Below are positions 59,088 to 64,000 of a stretch of 64,000 nt of DNA, piece by piece. Both the position numbers and the translations under genes were made by a program. Source of the stretch: Gemmatimonadota bacterium (GTDB lineage: Bacteria; Gemmatimonadota; Gemmatimonadetes; Longimicrobiales; Gaopeijiaceae). The DNA is taken from positions 1 through 64,000 of the forward strand of contig JBDHHQ010000002.1 in the NCBI GenBank assembly GCA_039589315.1, given 5' to 3'. The notes under the pieces were generated by a model. The model made no database searches and was not told where the DNA came from. It saw only the letters and a program-made list of their open reading frames with translations. Numbering within the stretch: the stretch's first letter is position 1; every line of letters begins with the position of its first letter.

Positions 59088-59693
59088 TCACGCGGCGGCG
59101 CCGAGGGCTTCCCGGGTCCTGCGAACTGCTTCGGCGAGCGCGGCCTCCCGGTCCGCGCGCCGGTCGTGCCGCCCGAAGTACAAGGGGGCACCGAAGTGGA
59201 TCCTGACCTCGGCCCGGCGCGGGACCCCGCTCCAACGCGGCCAGACATCGTACGAGCCGTCGATCCGGGCCGGAAGCACCGGCACGCCCGCCTTCAACAT
59301 CAGCCGAATCGACCCCAGGCGGAACGGCTGCACGCGCCCGTCCCAGGATCGCTCACCCTCCGGATAAAGCCCGAGCGCCTGCCCTCGCTCGAGGACCCGG
59401 AGCGCGACCCGGACGACCTGGCCGTCGACCTGATAGCGTCGGACCGGAATCGCGTTCAGACGCGGGAGAAGCCACCGGAAGACCGACCCACGAAACTGGG
59501 AGCTCTTCGTCAGGGTGAACACGGGCCGAGGGCAGAAGGCCTGGATCAGGATCGGATCCAGAAGCCCCTGGTGATTGGCGATCAGAAGGAACGGTCCCGA
59601 AGGCGGGACGTGCTCGATGCCGGTCACCCGGACTCGGGCCGCGACGGGCGCAGCCACGCGCACCAAGGCCGCGAACGCGCCGTACCAGCTCAC
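59088..59693 (-). CDS. Lysophospholipid acyltransferase (PlsC-like)
   Basis: ANHQGLLDP (NHxxxxD) and YPEGERS motifs; GTG start overlaps the upstream stop. Confidence 0.88.
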   Translation of the reverse strand: MSWYGAFAALVRVAAPVAARVRVTGIEHVPPSGPFLLIANHQGLLDPILIQAFCPRPVFTLTKSSQFRGSVFRWLLPRLNAIPVRRYQVDGQVVRVALRVLERGQALGLYPEGERSWDGRVQPFRLGSIRLMLKAGVPVLPARIDGSYDVWPRWSGVPRRAEVRIHFGAPLYFGRHDRRADREAALAEAVRRTREALGAAA

Positions 59694-60310
59694 CGCAGGA
59701 CGATCTGGGGCTGGAACTCGACTACCGCTCCCCCGCCCTGCCCGTCGTAGGCCCTCGAGACGAGCCGGCGCGCGAGCACCTCCCACCGCCTGGGCGAGTC
59801 CTCCTCGAAGCGGAACTGGACGAGCTCGCCAGCGCCCGTGCGAATCTGCAGTCGGGCAGAGGTGGTCTGGATGGCCCGGAGCTCGAACCAATCCCACGCG
59901 TTGGCAGGCACGGCGGCCTCAGGGTCGAATTCGAGGCGGTCTCCGGTAGCGCGGAGCACGCCCGGCGTGGAGGCACCCATCCGCTCCTGGAACCCCATCA
60001 GCCGTCCCCGATACCGCACGGCCTCCTCGCCCACCCGCCATCGGGCCTGAGCTCGGGCCTCATACCGGATCGTGCCGTTCGGGTCCGTGGCGGCCGTCAT
60101 GGGCCCGCCCCACGCGTCGATGGCGTCCGCCAGCTCGGCGGCTGGCCGAGGCTCGGAGGGCTCATTGCCCTGCCTTACTTCGATGCGGCAACCACTGCGC
60201 GCCCGGCCGAAGCGCGCACCGCATCTCCCACACCATGCCTGGTCGCCCTTGCCGGCCATGGGGTCGTGCCCGCACAACGGACACCGAAACAGGAAGTGCG
60301 CCAATGCCAT
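59690..60310 (-). CDS. Hypothetical zinc-ribbon protein
   Basis: LFRCPLCG...WCGRCG followed by a beta-rich C-terminal region. Confidence 0.65.
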   Translation of the reverse strand: MALAHFLFRCPLCGHDPMAGKGDQAWCGRCGARFGRARSGCRIEVRQGNEPSEPRPAAELADAIDAWGGPMTAATDPNGTIRYEARAQARWRVGEEAVRYRGRLMGFQERMGASTPGVLRATGDRLEFDPEAAVPANAWDWFELRAIQTTSARLQIRTGAGELVQFRFEEDSPRRWEVLARRLVSRAYDGQGGGAVVEFQPQIVLR

Positions 60311-60319
60311 CGCCGGAGG

Positions 60320-61063
60320 CTACAGCTTCCCGATGAGGTCCAGGAAACGGAGCTTCCACACCTTCCAGACCGCCTCGCGCACGATCCGCTTCGACATCTT
60401 CGACTCGCCCGTGTCGCGTTCCGTGAAGACGATGGGGATCTCCGTCAGAGAGAAGCCGCGACGCCACGCCCGGAGCTTCAGCTCGATCTGGAAAGCGTAG
60501 CCGTTCGACTGCACGCGATCCAACTGGATGGTCTCCAGGACCTTCCTCCGCCAACAGTTGAAGCCTCCGGTTGCGTCCCGCAGCGGGAGCCGGGTGATGG
60601 TGCGCGCGTACAGGCTTCCGAAGATGCTCAACAGGAGTCGGGAAACCGGCCAGTTGACGACGGTGACCCGACCGTCCACGTAGCGAGACCCGACGACCAC
60701 ATCGTACTCGTTGGCCGCACCGATGAGATGCGGGAGGTGGTCGGCGGGGTGAGACAAATCCGCGTCCATCTCGATCAAGAGGTCGTAACGGCGCTCGATG
60801 CCCCACTTGAACCCGGCGATGTACGCTCGCCCCAGGCCCTCCTTGCCGATGCGGTGGAGGACGTGGATCCTGGGCTCTTCCCGGGCCATGGCTTCGGCCA
60901 GGTCACCGGTGCCGTCGGGCGAGTTGTCGTCGACGACGAGCACGTCGATGGCGGGATCCTGCTCGAGTGCCAGGGGGATCACCCGAGGCAGGTTCTCCCG
61001 CTCGTCATAGGTCGGGATGATGACGAGGACGCGCCTGGGCGCCTCGGGGTCGGTTTCACTCAC
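60320..61063 (-). CDS. Polyprenol-phosphate mannosyltransferase (GT2, Dpm1-like)
   Basis: IIPTYDEREN, VDDNSPDGTG, GLGRAY, MDADLSH, GSRY, GYAFQIE motifs. Confidence 0.92.
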   Translation of the reverse strand: MSETDPEAPRRVLVIIPTYDERENLPRVIPLALEQDPAIDVLVVDDNSPDGTGDLAEAMAREEPRIHVLHRIGKEGLGRAYIAGFKWGIERRYDLLIEMDADLSHPADHLPHLIGAANEYDVVVGSRYVDGRVTVVNWPVSRLLLSIFGSLYARTITRLPLRDATGGFNCWRRKVLETIQLDRVQSNGYAFQIELKLRAWRRGFSLTEIPIVFTERDTGESKMSKRIVREAVWKVWKLRFLDLIGKL

Positions 61064-62039
61064 GGTTCGCTTCAGTCCGGGTCAGAGTGATCGCGGCAAC
61101 CAGGGCCGCCGGAGCAACCTCGACGACGGTGCTCCACAACCGCGCGATGATGGACAGCGCACCCGCGCCCCCAGCACCGACCACCGGTAGGAGAAAGGCG
61201 ATGAGGAAGCCCTCCCTGACGCCGAGGCCCGCGGGTGCGAAAAACACCAGATAGCCGAGAAGGTAGGCGGCCGCGTACGCCGGCCCCAGGGTCACCAGCG
61301 AGCCGGGTTGGCCGAAGCTCCGCGCCAGCAGCCAGAAGGCTACGCCCTGGCCGACCCACACGATCAGGTAGAGGCCGATCCAGCGCAACGTGAAGAGGGC
61401 GCCGATCCGCACCTCTCCAGGCAGCCCGCGCCCGGCGGTCCGCCGCCAGAGCTCCTCGAGCCGCCGATGCACGGGCGGAACCATGCTGATGAGCACGCCC
61501 GCCAGGATCGCGGCCAGCGCGCCGTAGCCCAGGCGCCGCATCTCTTCACTGCCAGCCAACAGCGCACCCGTGCCCACGATGGCCGCGCCAGCGAGTGCGA
61601 ACACCTGGCAGAGGATCGCCGCACCGGCCGACATGGCCGACTGCACGCCCACCGTCCGTCCCAGGTAGGCCAGTCCCGCCAGCTGCCAGACCTTGCCCGG
61701 CACGTACCGGGCGAGGTTCGCCACGAAGAACACTCGAATGGATGCCCACGGCGACAGATGCGGTCCCCCGAGGTCGCCCACCATGGCCCCCCACAGCGAG
61801 GCGGCGAAGAGGAAGGTGGCCAGAAGCACGACGGACGCCAGTGCCAGGAGACCCCACCGGGGCTTCCAGGCCTCGGGATCCAGGTCCCGCAGGTCGGCAA
61901 AGCCCACCCCGAGGCGGTCCAGGATGAACCACGTGACGGCGACGGTGAGGGCCAGCTTCAGGAGCCCCAGCGCGCCCCGCCGGATCGTGGACCCGGTGGT
62001 CGCGCCCTCGGCTCGCTCGGTTTCGAGGGTTCCGCTCAT
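61056..62039 (-). CDS. Lysylphosphatidylglycerol-synthase TM domain (UPF0104 flippase-like) protein
   Basis: RYVPGKVW and PAGLGVREG motifs; multiple TM helices; start approximate. Confidence 0.8.
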   Translation of the reverse strand: MSGTLETERAEGATTGSTIRRGALGLLKLALTVAVTWFILDRLGVGFADLRDLDPEAWKPRWGLLALASVVLLATFLFAASLWGAMVGDLGGPHLSPWASIRVFFVANLARYVPGKVWQLAGLAYLGRTVGVQSAMSAGAAILCQVFALAGAAIVGTGALLAGSEEMRRLGYGALAAILAGVLISMVPPVHRRLEELWRRTAGRGLPGEVRIGALFTLRWIGLYLIVWVGQGVAFWLLARSFGQPGSLVTLGPAYAAAYLLGYLVFFAPAGLGVREGFLIAFLLPVVGAGGAGALSIIARLWSTVVEVAPAALVAAITLTRTEANRE

Positions 62040-62372
62040 GGCCTGGCGGTTGGCGCTCGGCTCGGGCATGTCCCGAGCAGGCGCGGCACGGCCCGTCGGC
62101 GGCGCGAGAAACCGTCGACGTGCCGCTCCTTCTGCGTTGTCCGGGATACGAAAGGCGTCTGAACGCCCGGAAGCTATTGGATCCGACGCACGTGGCCAAT
62201 GGGACGGACGCGCCCGCCACCCCCGTCTCCCGCGCTCGCTGCGCATCGCGGAAGAGCCGAAAACTTGAGTGGACACGTATATTGGGCGCAACCGGGCATC
62301 GGGAGCTCCGCACCGCGGCGTGACCAGGCTCGGCGCTCGCTCGCCATGGATTCCTGACGGCTCCGGACCACC

Positions 62373-63641
62373 GTGAACGTCCTTTACATTGCGTCAGCCT
62401 ACAATCGGCACGACGGGGACGTCATCACGCCGTGGCTCGTCCGCTCCATCGAGGAGGTCCAGAGCCGAGGCGTCCGGGTGGACGTCCTGGCCCCATCCTA
62501 CCGGGGCTCCGCGAGCCACAGCGTCGGCGGTGTGCGGGTCCACCGCTTTCGCTACGCGCCCGGAAGGCTCGAAGACCTCACGCACGACCAGACCGCCCCG
62601 GACCGCATCCGCTCTCGGCCCTGGTACGCCGCGCTGGTGCCGGGGTACGTGGCGTCGGCGTCCCTGGCGGCAGCCCGCCTGGTCCACCGGGAGGGCTTCG
62701 ACCTCGTGCACGTGCACTGGCCGATCCCCCACGGCGTCATCGGACTCGCGGCTCGATGGGCCACGGGAGTCCCGGTCGTGAGCTCATTCCACGGAGTCGA
62801 GCTCACCTGGACCAAGAACGACCTGCGGGTGTTGACGCCGGTTCTCCGGTACCTGATCAAGTCTTCGGACGCGGTCACGGCCAACTCCACCTACACGCAG
62901 CGCCTGATCCGCGGGCTTCACGATCGGCCGGTCGAGCTGATCCCCTTCGGGACCACGGTACCGGTCCACGTGGATCCTTCGAGCCTCGGGAAGCCGGCCG
63001 ACGCCCCGTTCGAGCTGCTCTGTGTGGGCCGACTGGTGGAGCGAAAGGGGGTTCCCGTGCTGCTGGAGGCCCTCTCCCGATTCGACCCTCAGCGGCAGGT
63101 GAGCCTCCATGTCGTCGGAGACGGACCCCGCCGAGCCCAGTGGGAGGCTCAGGCCGCCGAGCTGGGCCTGTCGGATCGCGTCCACTTCCACGGCTTCGTC
63201 TCCGAGGAGCAGCTCGCCGTCCGGTATGCCTCGTGTGACGCCTTCGTCTTGCCGGCAGTCATCGATTCGAAGGGTGACACGGAAGGTCTCGGTGTGGTTC
63301 TCATCGAGGCCGCCAGCAACGGGAAGCCGCTCATCGGGTCCGCCATCGGCGGCATCGTGGACGTGGTGAGGGACGACGTCTCGGGGATCCGCGTGCCTCC
63401 CTCGGACCCGCCCGCCCTGGCGGCAGCCATCGTTTCCCTGATGGACGACCTGGAGCGCCGACGCGCCCTGGGCGAGGGCGCCCGCCGGCTGTGGGAGGCG
63501 GAGTTCTCGTGGGCCATCATCGCCGACCGTCTGATCGATCTTTACGAGTCTCTGGTCAACGGCGACAAGCCGGCTCCCGATGCCGTGGAGGACCCCACCG
63601 TCGTTGCCCGAGCGGGAACGAAGGCGACGATCGGCCCGTGA
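62373..63641 (+). CDS. Glycosyltransferase family 4
   Basis: HVHWPIPHG, VGRLVERKG, EGLGVVLIEA motifs. Confidence 0.9.
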   Translation: MNVLYIASAYNRHDGDVITPWLVRSIEEVQSRGVRVDVLAPSYRGSASHSVGGVRVHRFRYAPGRLEDLTHDQTAPDRIRSRPWYAALVPGYVASASLAAARLVHREGFDLVHVHWPIPHGVIGLAARWATGVPVVSSFHGVELTWTKNDLRVLTPVLRYLIKSSDAVTANSTYTQRLIRGLHDRPVELIPFGTTVPVHVDPSSLGKPADAPFELLCVGRLVERKGVPVLLEALSRFDPQRQVSLHVVGDGPRRAQWEAQAAELGLSDRVHFHGFVSEEQLAVRYASCDAFVLPAVIDSKGDTEGLGVVLIEAASNGKPLIGSAIGGIVDVVRDDVSGIRVPPSDPPALAAAIVSLMDDLERRRALGEGARRLWEAEFSWAIIADRLIDLYESLVNGDKPAPDAVEDPTVVARAGTKATIGP

Positions 63642-64000
63642 CGTCCGAGCCGGCGGACAGCGGTCCCGCAGGCGCCTCCGCCAAGGTGGGTGCCGGAATC
63701 TCCGCGATCTACCTGATGCTCTCGCTGCTGTTCTTCCTCCCGGCTCTGCTACCGGGCAAGCAGATCTTCGGCACCGACTACCTGTCCACCGCGTACTTCT
63801 GGGAGGAGTTCGCCTCGGCGCGGTTCGCGGCCGGCGAGATCCCGAGCTGGCTGCCCACGGTGTACGGCGGCGTCCCGTTCTTCGCGAACCCGATGGACGT
63901 CTACTACCCCGCCAGCGTCCTCTTCCGGCTCGTGGGCCTCCCGACCCACCTGCACCTGGCCCTGCTCTTCGTCGTGCAGTACTGGATCGCAGGGACAGGG
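63638..64000 (+). CDS. YfhO-like GT-C membrane protein, 3' end outside the window
   Basis: Manual translation VTSEPAD...IFGTDY...GEIPSWLPTVYGGVPFFANP...YYP; GTG overlaps the upstream stop. Confidence 0.65.
   Translation, partial: MTSEPADSGPAGASAKVGAGISAIYLMLSLLFFLPALLPGKQIFGTDYLSTAYFWEEFASARFAAGEIPSWLPTVYGGVPFFANPMDVYYPASVLFRLVGLPTHLHLALLFVVQYWIAGTG

Overview
High-GC bacterial chromosomal window. The gene families suggest Gemmatimonadota (Longimicrobiales-like); this is an inference. From left to right: (i) a truncated Ig-like lipoprotein gene coupled to an orphan TssB-TssC (T6SS sheath) fusion gene, then two TPR genes; (ii) an 8-gene minus-strand operon (4772-15999) behind a sigma54-type promoter, encoding two COG4671-type glycosyltransferases, two GT4s, an ABC exporter, a tandem kinase/pseudokinase, a tandem methyltransferase and an outer-membrane barrel; (iii) a GT39 gene, a TPR lipoprotein and an M23 peptidase; (iv) a core DUF512-der-plsY-gpsA-merR-surE-pcm-yqaA operon and a lone TadG-like gene; (v) tRNA-Arg(CCT) followed by a decayed island (IS481 remnant, cassette-like ORF, integron attC site, truncated TIR gene, tRNA-Ser-like 3' fragment), a kinase-FGE-hydrolase gene and more gene fragments; (vi) metabolic, transport and surface-protein genes; (vii) a 28-bp dif-like site at 58268-58295, suggesting the replication terminus, followed by a lipid/envelope glycosylation cluster. 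No CRISPR array, rRNA or intact integrase was seen. All product calls come from motif recognition, not database searches.
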